The notes under the pieces: generated by a model
Database searches by the model: none
Told to the model about the DNA's origin: nothing
What the model saw: only the letters and a program-made list of their open reading frames with translations
Shown: positions 14,195 through 27,039 of the stretch, piece by piece
Layout: each line of letters opens with the position of its first letter
How positions within the stretch are numbered: position 1 is the stretch's first letter
From: Octopus vulgaris
Lineage: Eukaryota
Assembly: GCA_951406725.2 (NCBI GenBank)
Contig: OX597824.1
Span: forward strand, 19,654,001-19,718,000
Reading direction: 5' to 3'
Length of the DNA stretch: 64,000 nucleotides
Position numbers and translations under genes: made by a program

Positions 14195-14310
14195 ATTAAA
14201 CAGCCGAAATTTGCAATGATGAACCGGTTTCTGACTGAAGAATGAAGGCTTAGAATGACCCGTCTGTTTTTTATGTTCGTCCCTTCGTATATTTCACGTT
14301 ATTTATATTT
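14195..14310 (+). mobile_element. Short dispersed repeat, possibly a PLE-type terminus
   Basis: cagccgaaatt...gactgaaga...gaatgacccgtc is shared with 38735-38810 (+) and ~28790-28975 (-). Confidence 0.5.
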
Positions 14311-14325
14311 ATATATGTAAAGTTT

Positions 14326-14362
<37 letters not shown>

Positions 14363-14389
14363 TGTGTGTGTGTGTGTGTGTATATAAAT

Positions 14390-14535
14390 CCAAAAAGAAG
14401 AACAACAAACACAACAAAAAAACACAACACGAGAGCGTGGTACATGTAAAATATTAGCAGATGCTAAGGGAAGGAGAAAAACATGGTTTAACGTTTCGAG
14501 CAAACGCCCTTCTTCGGAAACAGAGGAGAGTCCAA
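14390..14535 (-). mobile_element. HHR family 2 element; hammerhead-like motif at 14486-14521
   Basis: Minus strand GTTT-CCGAAGA-A-GGGC gttt GCTC-GAA-ACGT-T-AAAC. Confidence 0.65.
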
Positions 14536-14545
14536 TAGCTATATG

Positions 14546-14614
<69 letters not shown>

Positions 14615-14780
14615 GTATGTATGCGTGTGTGTATGTATGTATGTAAATGCATGTATATCCATACATATATACATACATATATATATACGTATATACACAC
14701 ATATATAAAAAAAAGCATGTATACAATTATGCACGTGCAGACACACCGTTTTAAATATATGCATCAAATAGAAAGACATA

Positions 14781-14819
<39 letters not shown>

Positions 14820-14887
14820 ATATACATACCTATATACATACGTATGTGCATACGTATATGTGTGTGTGTATAGGTACACACACACAC

Positions 14888-14938
<51 letters not shown>

Positions 14939-15091
14939 CATACATATATATATATGTATATGTGTGTGTATGTATACACACACACATATATATATATATA
15001 CACATGTATATATATATATATACGTATATATTTAAGTATGTCGATACACACACACACGCAAGTATGTAATTACGATTATATGAACATATGA

Positions 15092-15129
<38 letters not shown>

Positions 15130-15546
15130 TATCTGCATACTTCCATAATTCAAATAGTGTATGCATGATATGACATATAACATACGTATGAATATGATAA
15201 TACAGTCATTCATATGACATACATAATAGAGCAATATTTTACATATCACTTGCATAATAGAGACAAATATATACATTTTGCAAATAATACGTTGCGCACA
15301 TAAATATAGATGGGTACATATATAAATGTCAATCTATATATATGTGTGGGGGGGGGAAGGGTAAGTGCTGTACATATTGTGTGCATATAAAAGTGTGAAA
15401 TATGTATGTAACTCATTTGTGCATATTCGTACTTATGCAAATAAATTGTGTATGTGTGTGTCGGTGTGTGCGGGCCCCGGTTGTGTGTGAGAGTGCTTAC
15501 AAGAATTAGTGTTTATGCTTGCGTGGTAATGTACTTGCATTTAATT

Positions 15547-15872
<326 letters not shown>

Positions 15873-16023
15873 TTGCCCATTAAAATTGATCATAATAGTG
15901 GGACAGCCACACCTCATCAATATTTGCAGCATAAAAAGTTATTAAATTCACAAACATTGGATTAAATAGTAATGTATATACATATACAAGTGCACTTAAC
16001 CTATATACAGATATTGGTGTGTG

Positions 16024-16073
<50 letters not shown>

Positions 16074-16153
16074 AACATGATTATATATATGTAGGTAATA
16101 TATGTACATATACAAGATAAATATACATACTTCTATATCTGTATACACACACG

Positions 16154-16185
<32 letters not shown>

Positions 16186-16217
16186 CGTTTATGTATAAAT
16201 ATATATATATATATACA

Positions 16218-16291
<74 letters not shown>

Positions 16292-16313
16292 GTGACAATT
16301 ATTCGGTAGCCAT

Positions 16314-16374
16314 GATAAAACTCCGAGTTTCGCATGTCGGGGCGGAAACCCACGCCGCCATCTCTTCAGTCATC
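16314..16374 (-). ncRNA. Type I hammerhead-ribozyme motif with an intact canonical core
   Basis: Minus strand GATGA-CTGAAGA-[GATGGCGG...CCGC...CATGC]-GAA-ACTC g GAGT-T-TTATC; directly adjacent and inverted to the PLE RT fragment. Confidence 0.7.
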
Positions 16375-16399
16375 GGGCCATCGAAGAAAAAGCTATTTT

Positions 16400-17190
16400 T
16401 CGATTTACTTCCTCCCTAAAATCCACAAACCTAACAACCCTGGCCGCCCCATCGTCTCCGCCCCACCGAACTCATCCTCAGATATCTTGACAGTGTTCTT
16501 GCTCCCCTAGTGGTTTCCTTCCCATCTCACAACCATGACACCAACCATGCACTTCGTTTATTCAACTCTTTCTCCTTCCCTCCTGGCCCTTCTAAACTTC
16601 TCTTCACTCTCGACATCCAGAGCCTTTACAAGGAGATCCCACACCACGTACACTGCAACATTTCCTTGACCTTCGACCCAATCTCTAGCCCGGCACATCG
16701 ACACTCGTTCGTCTGGTCGAGCTTGTCCTGTCACTCAACTGCTTCTCCTTCGCTGGAGATTTTTACCAGCAATTCTCGGGAGTGGCCATGGGAACGAGAA
16801 TGGGCCCTAACTATGCGAACCTGTTCGTTGGCTACGTTGAGGCCCAAATATTCTCAAGTTTCACCAGTCCCACTCCTGAACTATACGGCCGTTATATTGA
16901 CGACTGTATCGGTGCGACCTCACTCTCCTGCGAACATCTAGACTCCTTACTCTCTTTTGTCAAATCTTTCCATCCTGCCATCCACTTCTCCTGCACTATC
17001 GCTGTCTTCTTTCTTGAGATTTCAGTCAGCCTTCATCACTCCACTCTAACTACCTCCATCCACAACAAACACAAAGACTCACACTCATTCCTCAACTTCT
17101 TTCCCACCCACCCTAAACACACAAAGCTATCCATCCCCTATTCCTAATTCCTCCATTTACGCAGGGTCGACGCTATAACCACTGAACCAT
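16400..17190 (+). pseudogene. Penelope-like element reverse transcriptase, frameshifted fragment
   Basis: IYFLPKIHKPNNPGRPIVS, LFTLDIQSLYKEIPH, GVAMGTRMGPNYANLFVGYVE, YGRYIDD and HPKHTKLSIPYS are PLE RT motifs. Confidence 0.92.
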
Positions 17191-17459
17191 GCGCCTTCAA
17201 ATTACACACACACACACACACAAACACACACACGGACACATACACACATATATATATACGTATATATACACATATATATATATATCTGTGTGTATATATA
17301 TTTATGTATATATAAGTATATATATATATATATGTGTATGCATATATGTATGCATACATATATGTGTGTGTATATATATATATTTACATGTATATAGCTA
17401 TACATTTACGGAATTGCATCTAAATGTGTATACATATATATATAGATATTACATATTAT

Positions 17460-17512
<53 letters not shown>

Positions 17513-17916
17513 TACATATGCATACGTATATGTATATGTATATACACATGAATATATGCCTATAAATGTCTATATATACATGACAATACATACATAGTTT
17601 TTTTCATTATCCATTTTTTGAAAAACAAAACAAGCTTATATAAATTATACGGTAAGTAAGGTTTTTCCTGACATCTTCATATTTCAAGTTTAGGAGCCCA
17701 TGTTCAGGAAATGTTTGCTGTAAAAGTATCCTAATCGGGAAATAGTGAAATACCAGGTAGAACCTACGGCATTTACTGTTTGCAACTTTTGTTCTTCTAC
17801 TTTTCTAAAAATAATGAATATAATTTAAAACATATCTCTATATACAATTTGATATATGTTTATATATGTGACAATACTTCATACTAACATATATATATAT
17901 ATATACATATATATAC

Positions 17917-17986
<70 letters not shown>

Positions 17987-17994
17987 CATATATA

Positions 17995-18030
<36 letters not shown>

Positions 18031-18136
18031 TGTATGTATGTATGTATGTATGTGTGTGTGTATGTAGTTCCGGGTTCATTCCCACTGCGTGGGACCTTGG
18101 GCAAGCGATGGACGGAAACCGAAAGAAGACCGTCGC

Positions 18137-18175
<39 letters not shown>

Positions 18176-18204
18176 TACATATCTATATATATATGTATAT
18201 ATAT

Positions 18205-18270
<66 letters not shown>

Positions 18271-18344
18271 ATATATATATATATGTATACATATCTCTCT
18301 ATATATATATGTATATATATACATGTGTATATATGTGACCTCGT

Positions 18345-18535
18345 GTGTACCGTTGGCGATCTTTTTTCCTCTGTCTTCCCTTCTCTGGATCTTTCCTTCT
18401 CCTATTTTTCCAACGAAGAGCTCCGCTCGAAACGTTGAACCCTCCTTCTTTCCTGAGCGTCCAATAATACTATATTTGTTCCACGTCCTCGCGTTGTTGT
18501 GTTTTTTTCTTGTGCTTTCTTGTTTGGATTAACTT
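18345..18535 (+). mobile_element. HHR family 2 element with a degenerate core (18406-18440)
   Basis: Near-identical to 9443-9636; CCAACGA-A-GAGC tcc GCTC-GAAACGTT. Confidence 0.7.
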
Positions 18536-18543
18536 TATATACA

Positions 18544-18579
<36 letters not shown>

Positions 18580-18924
18580 TGTATGTATGTATGTATGCCT
18601 TTGTAAATATGTGAGTGCTCATAAGCGTGTGTGCTTCTTTTAGTTACCACATGTGTGTGCGCTCCCACTCTATTATTTGTATGCAGGTGAATATATATAT
18701 ATATGTATATACAATTGAATTGTTATTTCATATTTATATTCTGTTGTGGTTGTTTAATTACATATTTTTGGTTTTTGATTTTAATACGCCATAATTTTAC
18801 ATAATTCCACCTCTAATAAACCTCAATCTCGTAGAGTTGAGATCAAAGAAAGCTGGCCTTAATGAAAACATGGGTGTGAATAAAGGATACACACCCAACC
18901 GCTCACCCACCCACCCATCCGCCC

Positions 18925-18982
<58 letters not shown>

Positions 18983-19024
18983 AGGACACGTACACACATG
19001 CATAAACCTCCATTTCTATGTATT

Positions 19025-19056
<32 letters not shown>

Positions 19057-19139
19057 CCTCTCTATCTCTCTCCCTTCTCTCTGTCTCCCTCTCTTTCTCT
19101 CTTTCTTTCTATCTATCTATCTGTTTATCTACCTGCTTG

Positions 19140-19175
<36 letters not shown>

Positions 19176-19209
19176 CAACAAACGCATCAGAAATCACAGC
19201 TGTAAAAAA

Positions 19210-19575
19210 TATGCAAGCTTGCTTACGAACCACATGGTTCCGGGTTCAGTCCCACTGCGTGGCATCTTGGGCAAGTGTCTTCTGCTATAGCCACGGGCCG
19301 ACCAAGGCCTTGTGAGTGGATTTGGTAGACGGAAACTGAAAGAAGCCCATCGTATATATGTATATACATATGTGTGTGTATATGTTTGTGTGTCTGTGTT
19401 TGTCCCCCTAGCATTGCTTGACAACCGATGCTGGTGTGTTTACGTCCCCGTCACTTAGCGGTTCGGCAAAATAGACCGATAGAATAAGTACTGGGCTTAC
19501 AAAGAATAAGTTCCGGGGTCGATTTGCTCGACTAAAGGGGGTGCTCTAGCATGGCCGCAGTCAAAAGAGTAAAGA
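19210..19575 (+). mobile_element. SINE family A
   Basis: Consensus match; first ~25 nt degraded. Confidence 0.9.
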
Positions 19576-19929
19576 GAGAGAGAGTAATATATATATATAT
19601 ATATATATATATACGTACGCGGATATATGTATATAAATCTATCTGCATCTGTTAATATGTGAGTGTGCGCGTGTGCATATGTATATGTATATGTGTGTGC
19701 ATTCAGATATATATGTATATATATACACAATATATATACATAAATACATATATATATATACACTATATACATACATACATATATGTATATACACATATAC
19801 AATGCACACACACAGATACACACACACACACACACATAAATATATATATAAAGATATATACACACAATCACACACATGTCATTGTGTGCATTATTAGCTA
19901 GATACGTACTTCGCATACATATACATATA

Positions 19930-20347
19930 CTCTTACTCTTTTACTCTTTTACTTGTTTCAGTCATTTGACTGCGGCCATGCTGGAGCACCACCTTTAGTC
20001 GAGCAAATCGACCCCAGGACTTATTCTTTGTAAGCCCAGTACTTATTCTATCGGTCTCTTTTGCCGAACCGCTAAGTGACGGGGACGTAAACACACCAGC
20101 ATTGGTTGTCAAGCAATGCTAGGGGGACAAACACAGACACACAAACATATACACACACACTTATATATATATATGCATATATACGACAGGCTTCTTTCAG
20201 TTTCCGTCTACCAAATCCACTCACAAGGCATTGGTCGGCCCGGGGCTATAGCAGAAGACACTTGCCCAAGATGCCACGCAGTGGGACTGAACCAGGAACC
20301 ATGTGGCTGGTTAGCAAGCTGCTTACCACACAGCCACACCTGCGCCT
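19930..20347 (-). mobile_element. SINE family A, full length
   Basis: Consensus match; inverted relative to 19210-19575. Confidence 0.92.
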
Positions 20348-20486
20348 ATATATATACATAAACATATAAACATACTGTGTGTGCCATAACATACACACAC
20401 AAACACAGACAGACAGACAGGCGTATGAGCAGAGAAATAATTAGAGGTGTACATTGAACGACAGAACGATATACATAATGACCGGC

Positions 20487-20540
<54 letters not shown>

Positions 20541-20670
20541 AGATATAAATAGCCTGATGGTTGTAGTGTGAGGCGCACAGACCCATTGACGGACGACAGC
20601 CTAATGGGTCGTCGTTATTCAATAATAACCAGGGATGCATACATTTGCGGACACGTACGTACGTACATTC

Positions 20671-20728
<58 letters not shown>

Positions 20729-20794
20729 TCAGATATATACACACACACGCATCAGATAGATAGATAGATAGATAGATGGATGGATGGATGGATG

Positions 20795-20857
<63 letters not shown>

Positions 20858-20893
20858 GGATGGATAGATAGATAGAAAGATAGATAGATAGAC

Positions 20894-20932
<39 letters not shown>

Positions 20933-20949
20933 AAGATAGATAGATAGAC

Positions 20950-21031
<82 letters not shown>

Positions 21032-21520
21032 AGTGAGAAAGAAATAGAGAAATAGAGAGAGGGAGAGAGACCGGGAAACAGACAGGAGACAGCTCTAATC
21101 AGTCGAAAACAATGACTGACCCAGTGAGAGAGAGGGAGGGAGGAGAGAGGAGGGAGAAGAAGCGAATGTGAGTGAAATATATATATATATGGAGAGAGAG
21201 AGATTGATGGGGAGAGAGATAGAGGGAGGAGAGAAGGCGTTAAGACTTGGTGTTAGAAGAAAGGAGAGCGTGATAATGAGTTTATTGGTGGCGACGGGAG
21301 TGACGGCAGTGATAGTGCAGGCGGTGGTGGTGGTGGTGGTGGTGATGGTGGTGGTGGCGGTGGTGGATTGAGGCAGGTGCATGAAGACCAAATGGGAGAA
21401 GTAGCTCTTCAGCGCTGAGGTGTTCACCTTGCAGAGCAAAGGCTGTCAGGCAAATGGATGGCGTTTTGTGCGCTTCTGCGGTTGTTTGGGGGTGGCTCTC
21501 TCTGTGTATGCATACATACA

Positions 21521-21554
<34 letters not shown>

Positions 21555-21836
21555 CATACATATATACATACATACATACATATATACATACATATATACA
21601 TACATACATACATACATATATACATACATACATATATACATACATACATACATACGTATATACATATATACATATATACATACATACTTATGTACATACA
21701 TACATACATACATACATACATGCATATATACATACATACATACATACATATATACATATATACATATATACATACATACATACATACATATATACATATA
21801 TACATATATACATACATACTTATGTACATACATACA

Positions 21837-21870
<34 letters not shown>

Positions 21871-22018
21871 CATACATACATACATACATACATACATACA
21901 TACATACATACATGCATATATACATACATACATACATATATATACGTACGTACATACATACATACATACATATATACGTACGTACATACATACATACATA
22001 CATATATACATACATACA

Positions 22019-22077
<59 letters not shown>

Positions 22078-22082
22078 GATAT

Positions 22083-22114
<32 letters not shown>

Positions 22115-22119
<5 letters not shown>

Positions 22120-22489
22120 ATATATAAACGGCAGTTTGTCTGTGTGTGTGTCTGTGTGTCTGTTAGGTTGTACCCTCACCCTGACCACGGCTTTCAACCG
22201 ATTCTGATGAAACTTGACACACACATAGCCCAATGTCATAATTCAAAACTAACGCAGCGAAAATTTTGAAAAGTTAACTAGTTCTGAAAAAATCGATAAA
22301 TTCGACATGGGGTCGAGAATCAAAAAAACAAACCACAGACTGTCTAGGGGACGCAACTCAACCTTTTTTATCTCAAAAAAAATTTACCATATTTTTTTTC
22401 CATTTTTTGCTATTTTTTGGCTATAACTCTCTAAAAATGCTTTATAGTTATTTCCTTACAAACCTGAGCAACGCCGGGCGATACTGCTA

Positions 22490-22490
<1 letters not shown>
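22115..22490 (+). mobile_element. Non-autonomous Helitron
   Basis: A|TCTCTATATATAAA start; CCTGAGCAACGCCGGG hairpin followed by ATACTGCTAG|T end. Confidence 0.85.
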
Positions 22491-22528
<38 letters not shown>

Positions 22529-22630
22529 TTCAGCATCTTAAATCTGTTGTAATACTTACAACTTTTAATAAAATGATTAGTGCGAAACTATTGTACCAAA
22601 TTACCGGAGTCATTCTTGCTGCTTATTTTG

Positions 22631-22684
<54 letters not shown>

Positions 22685-22852
22685 TGTGTGTGTTTGGAGA
22701 GGGGATGCGTGTGCATAGATTTATGTATGTATTTCTATCTATATGAGAGTGTGTATGTCTATGCATATATATACGTGTATTTGTATCTCTCTCTTTTTCA
22801 GTATATATATGCATGCATGTATGTATGTATGTATGTATGCATGTATATATAA

Positions 22853-22899
<47 letters not shown>

Positions 22900-22997
22900 T
22901 GTGCATATATATACGTGTATTTGTATCTCTCTCTTTTTCAGTATATATATGTATGCATGTATGTATGTATGTATGCATGTATATATAAATGTATATA

Positions 22998-23028
<31 letters not shown>

Positions 23029-23031
23029 GTT

Positions 23032-24222
23032 ATAGGTCATCCCATAAGTTCTGTCCGATTTTACCTATTTTTAAATTGAATGAAATTTAATAGTATTTTA
23101 GAATGCCTGGTGGGATTAAAAAGTATTCCTATGCATTTGTGTACATTTAGACTAATTAAATATTATTTTAGAGAATAACAGAATTAAAATTTCTTTGATT
23201 AAAACCCTTTCTAACATGGAAGTAACCAAAGAGCATTTGAGGCACATAATGCTTTATAAGTACAAAAAGGAAACTCTGCAGCCGAAGCAACTCGAAACAT
23301 GCGCTCAGTTTATGGGAAAGAATGCTTGAATGAAAGAACTTGTAGAAGATGGTTTGCAAAATTCAGAAGTGGAGATTTCAGCCTTGAAGGTGAAGATCGA
23401 ACAGGACCTCCAGTTGAGTTTGATGATAAGCCTCTTGAGGTATTCTTTAGTTCAAACCATCGTCATCTTCAACAACTTGGAAATGTTCCTAAACTTGGAA
23501 AATAAGTGCCTCATGTATTGTCCGAAAGTAACCGCAAATCCCGAGTTGACATCTGCTCTTCTTTCCATTCTCGCGAACTCATTTCACCCGTTTTGAATAG
23601 ACTGGTGATGGAAAATGGATCTTTTATCGAAATGTTAAACGTCGTAAACAGTGGCTTGTTGAAAGGGAAAAGGCTTAACCACAACCGAGAAGGGAACTTC
23701 ATGGGAAAAAGGTTCTTCTCTCTATCTGGTGGGGTTGCAAAGGAGTAATTCACCTTGAATTGTTACCACCTAATGCAACAATCAATGCTCAAGTCTACTG
23801 TAAGCAATTACAGCGCTTGAACCAAGCCTTGAAGAAAAAAAGACCCGCTTTCGTGAATCGAAAAGGAGTGATGTTTCATTAGGACAATGCGCGACCCCAC
23901 ACTGCAAAGATCACATCACAGAACATCGAAGAGCCTTTTTCTCCTGACCTTGCTCCTTCAGACTAATATTTGTTTCGTAGTTTACAGAATCATTTGGGGG
24001 CATACATTTCGCAAGCCAGGAGGAGGTCGAAACTGACATTTCAGAGTTCTTCGTTTTGAAACCAAAAGAGTTTTACATTGACGGGATTAAAAAGCTTGTA
24101 AATATATGGAAGGAAGTCATCGATATTCAGGGAAAGTACATTGATGATTAAATTTCAATTGAATATAACATTTGACCACTTGTTTTCTTTATTCAAAATT
24201 CGAACAGAACTTATGTGATGAC

Positions 24223-24227
<5 letters not shown>
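23032..24227 (+). mobile_element. Mariner DNA transposon, full length, decayed
   Basis: ~30-bp imperfect TIRs (TAGGTCATCCCATAAGTTCTGTCCGATTTT and AAATTCGAACAGAACTTATGTGATGACCTG), ~1.2 kb, in TA context. Confidence 0.93.
23216..24151 (+). pseudogene. Mariner transposase pseudogene
   Basis: MEVTKEHLRHIMLY...RTCRRWFAKFRSGDFSLE, K*VPHVL (WVPHEL-like), TGD/KWIFY, FH*DNARPHTA, PDLAPSD*YLF, GKYIDD*; several stops, frameshifts and deletions. Confidence 0.92.
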
Positions 24228-24280
<53 letters not shown>

Positions 24281-24282
<2 letters not shown>

Positions 24283-24518
24283 TAAAACGGTAAGATAACA
24301 AAAGGAAGAAAGAGACCTCAATATTATGTAAATAGAGGAAATTTATCTATAAAATAATATGTTACATTACTCGATAGTCAAGATAAAACTCTGAGTTTCA
24401 GATGCCGAAGTGGGAATCCACAATGCCATCTCTTCGGTTTTCTGGCTGATTCGCACTTCGGCATCTGAAACTCAGAGTTTTATCTTGACTATCGAGTAAT
24501 GTAACATATTATTTTATA
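24281..24518. mobile_element. PLE-type terminal remnant with a perfect 65-bp inverted repeat and a hammerhead-like motif
   Basis: 24348-24412 is the exact reverse complement of 24454-24518; minus strand CCGAAGA-GATG...CATC-T-GAA-ACTC a GAGT-T; homologous to 16290-16380. Confidence 0.72.
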
Positions 24519-24530
24519 TATATATATATA

Positions 24531-24639
24531 TCACCGTGACCGACCAGGTTATCAGATGTTCTAACACATCGCTGGTCACAATGGACTTCGCATTGTCTTA
24601 GCCTTCAAATGTCGCCACCCCGCTGGCTAAGCGAGCAGG

Positions 24640-24642
<3 letters not shown>
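24531..24642 (-). mobile_element. 3' tail of SINE family D
   Basis: Matches 29235-29347. Confidence 0.8.
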
Positions 24643-24732
<90 letters not shown>

Positions 24733-24735
<3 letters not shown>

Positions 24736-25122
24736 AGCAGGCGTGGCTGTGTGGTAAGAAGTTTGCCTCCCAACCACATGGTTCCAGGTTCAGTTCAACT
24801 GTGTGGCACCTTGGGCAAGCGTCTTCTACTGTATCCTTGGGCCGACCAATGAGTGGATATGGTAGTCGGAAACTGAAAGAAGCCTGTCGTATATATATAT
24901 TTATATGTATATGTCTGTGCATCTGTGTTTGTCTCCCTACCATCGCTTGACAACCGATGTTGGAGTGTTTACGTTCCCGTAACCTAGCGGTTTGGCATAA
25001 GAAACTGATAAAATTAGTACTAGGCTTACAGAGAATAAGTCCTGGGGTCGATTTATTCGACTAAACGCGATGCTCCAGCATGGCCACAGTCAAATGACTG
25101 AAACAAGTAAAAGAATAAAAGA
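24733..25122 (+). mobile_element. SINE family A
   Basis: Consensus match, moderately diverged. Confidence 0.9.
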
Positions 25123-26119
25123 ATATATATATATTCGTCTCCAGGAACTTAGAAACACACTCACAAATAGAAACTATCCACAGCCCCTAATAGACGGTGC
25201 AATCCAAAGGGCACTCAAATTAAGTATAGAAGACCTGAGACAAACAAAACCAAAAAAGAAAGAACAATTAAAAACACTTCCCTACATCTCTACACACAAC
25301 CCACTCAACAATGAGGCCTTCAGCACCATACTACAAAGCACAGCCCTGCTAAAGGGAGACCCAAAGATGAACCGGATCCTCGAAACACACACCATCATTA
25401 AAAGTAAACGGCAACCAAAATCCTTGAAAAGGATTTTAACCCAAGCTAAACTGCACTCAACATCAACCACAAAACCAGCAGTTAGAAAATGTGGAAGGCC
25501 CAACTGCGGAATCTGTGTCATCTTGGTAGAAGGTTCAGAATTTATACTAGAACAAGGCCATTAGAGCAAACTTCACTTGCGCATCAGAAAACTTAATTTA
25601 CGTCTTAACATGCGCAGTATATAGGCAGTATATAGGCCATACACAAAATAGCTTACGTAACAGGATGGCGGTGCATAAATCACAAATTAGAAACCCTGAA
25701 TACCGGAAAATACCGGTCAGCGGACACATAGATAGATGTGCTGCAAATGTAAATCCGAAATTTACAACTTACCCACTTTATAAATTCAGTGACAGCGTAA
25801 CCTTCACGCAACGCCAAAATAAAGAACTTTATTTCATCAAAAAATTTAGACCAAGTATGAACACCCTGGGCCAGGAATATTAAAACAAAACATTGGTCCT
25901 CCGAAAAAGAGAAACGAAATTCTACCACAACCACTACGACTGCCCCAACTCGCACTACTACTACAACCACCGTGGTCACTGTTGCTACGGCCACAGTGAG
26001 AGAATTATAATAATGGAGGTGGGGCGAATTACAATTTCTCAGATCCTTAAACAGTCACTCACGCTGACAGTGATATGTCTTAGGGAAGGAAAAGTTTATA
26101 AAAAGATCTCTTTCTCTAC

Positions 26120-26490
26120 GAGCAGATCTAATCCTGATTCGTCAAAGGTCAAGCTATTGTCACCCTGCTTGGTCGGTTTCCCCACACGATACAGCTATGG
26201 GTCAGACCCGATTCTGATTGGTCAAAACATTGATGACGTCTCGTTCTGCTGGACTAGCTACCTAACAGGATACAGTCATGGGTCAGATCTAATTTCGATT
26301 CGTCAAAAAAATGATGACGTATTTCTCCCGTGGCCAAACTGTCGTTCCGCTTGGTTGGTTTCCTAACAGGATACAGTTAGGAGTCTTTTCACTATATTCG
26401 TTGAGACTGGGTTTTGATTGGTTTGGAACTATATGACGTCAGTGAAAAGTGCAAGTGACCACAGCTTAGCTGAGGTGATATAAATCCAAC
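26120..26490 (+). promoter_or_regulatory. Putative PLE pseudo-LTR promoter with repeated CCAAT and CRE motifs and a TATA-like box
   Basis: GATTGG twice plus GATTCGTC variants, TGACGT three times (one full TGACGTCA at ~26434), GATATAAAT at ~26477; imperfect ~70-80-bp sub-repeats. Confidence 0.4.
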
Positions 26491-26604
26491 AATCACAAAA
26501 TTCACCAAAATTATGCGAGCAGACACCGACCAAAAATGATTACTGTTGCTCCCATTGGAACACAAGGTAAAATCTAAAAATGAACTCCTCGCCTTTTCAA
26601 GAAC

Positions 26605-26802
26605 ATGAATTTTTTATATTTGACTCTATTGAATGTATGTCACAATTATGAACTACTACATAATACTCTTTAAACATATAGCATGGACTCTCTTTATTAT
26701 ATATGAATTTTTTATATTTGACTCTATTGAATATATGTCACAATTATGAACTATTACATCATACTCTTTAAGCATATAGCAAGGACTCTCTTTATTATAT
26801 AT
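26605..26802. repeat. Two-copy ~98-bp tandem duplication inside the PLE 3' region
   Basis: atgaattttttatatttgactctattgaat...ggactctctttattatat occurs twice with a few substitutions. Confidence 0.9.
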
Positions 26803-26977
26803 AATTTTTTTTTGTTTTTTTTTATAAGGTTCGTCATTTCAAGAACCGAAACATGTTAAATTAAAATTTGTCTAATATAGCAGCATTTTCAAACTTCATT
26901 TTTTACAAATATATATATATATATATATATATAATTTCACGTATGTGTATGTATAGGTATATAAACGTACATATATG

Positions 26978-27028
<51 letters not shown>

Positions 27029-27039
27029 TTGTATTCATA

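Larger units (their letters stand above)
25134..26900 (+). mobile_element. 5'-truncated Penelope-like element: thumb, linker and GIY-YIG endonuclease pseudogene (to 25883) plus 3' pseudo-LTR
   Basis: RNYPQPLI...LPYISTHNP...CGRPNCGIC, then ANFTCASENLIYVLTC...QYIGHT...LRNRMAVHKSQIR...ELYFIKKF.P.MN; hammerhead remnant at ~26820-26860. Confidence 0.88.

Noticed and set aside
22760-23030. ~140-bp tandem duplication (similar ones at 27640-27915 and 59750-59990)
   Set aside because: Ordinary slippage or unequal exchange seeded by flanking microsatellites; no functional signal.
16400-25883. PLE RT and PLE GIY-YIG as one split element
   Set aside because: They are 8 kb apart with different base composition and different hammerhead types; probably separate families.
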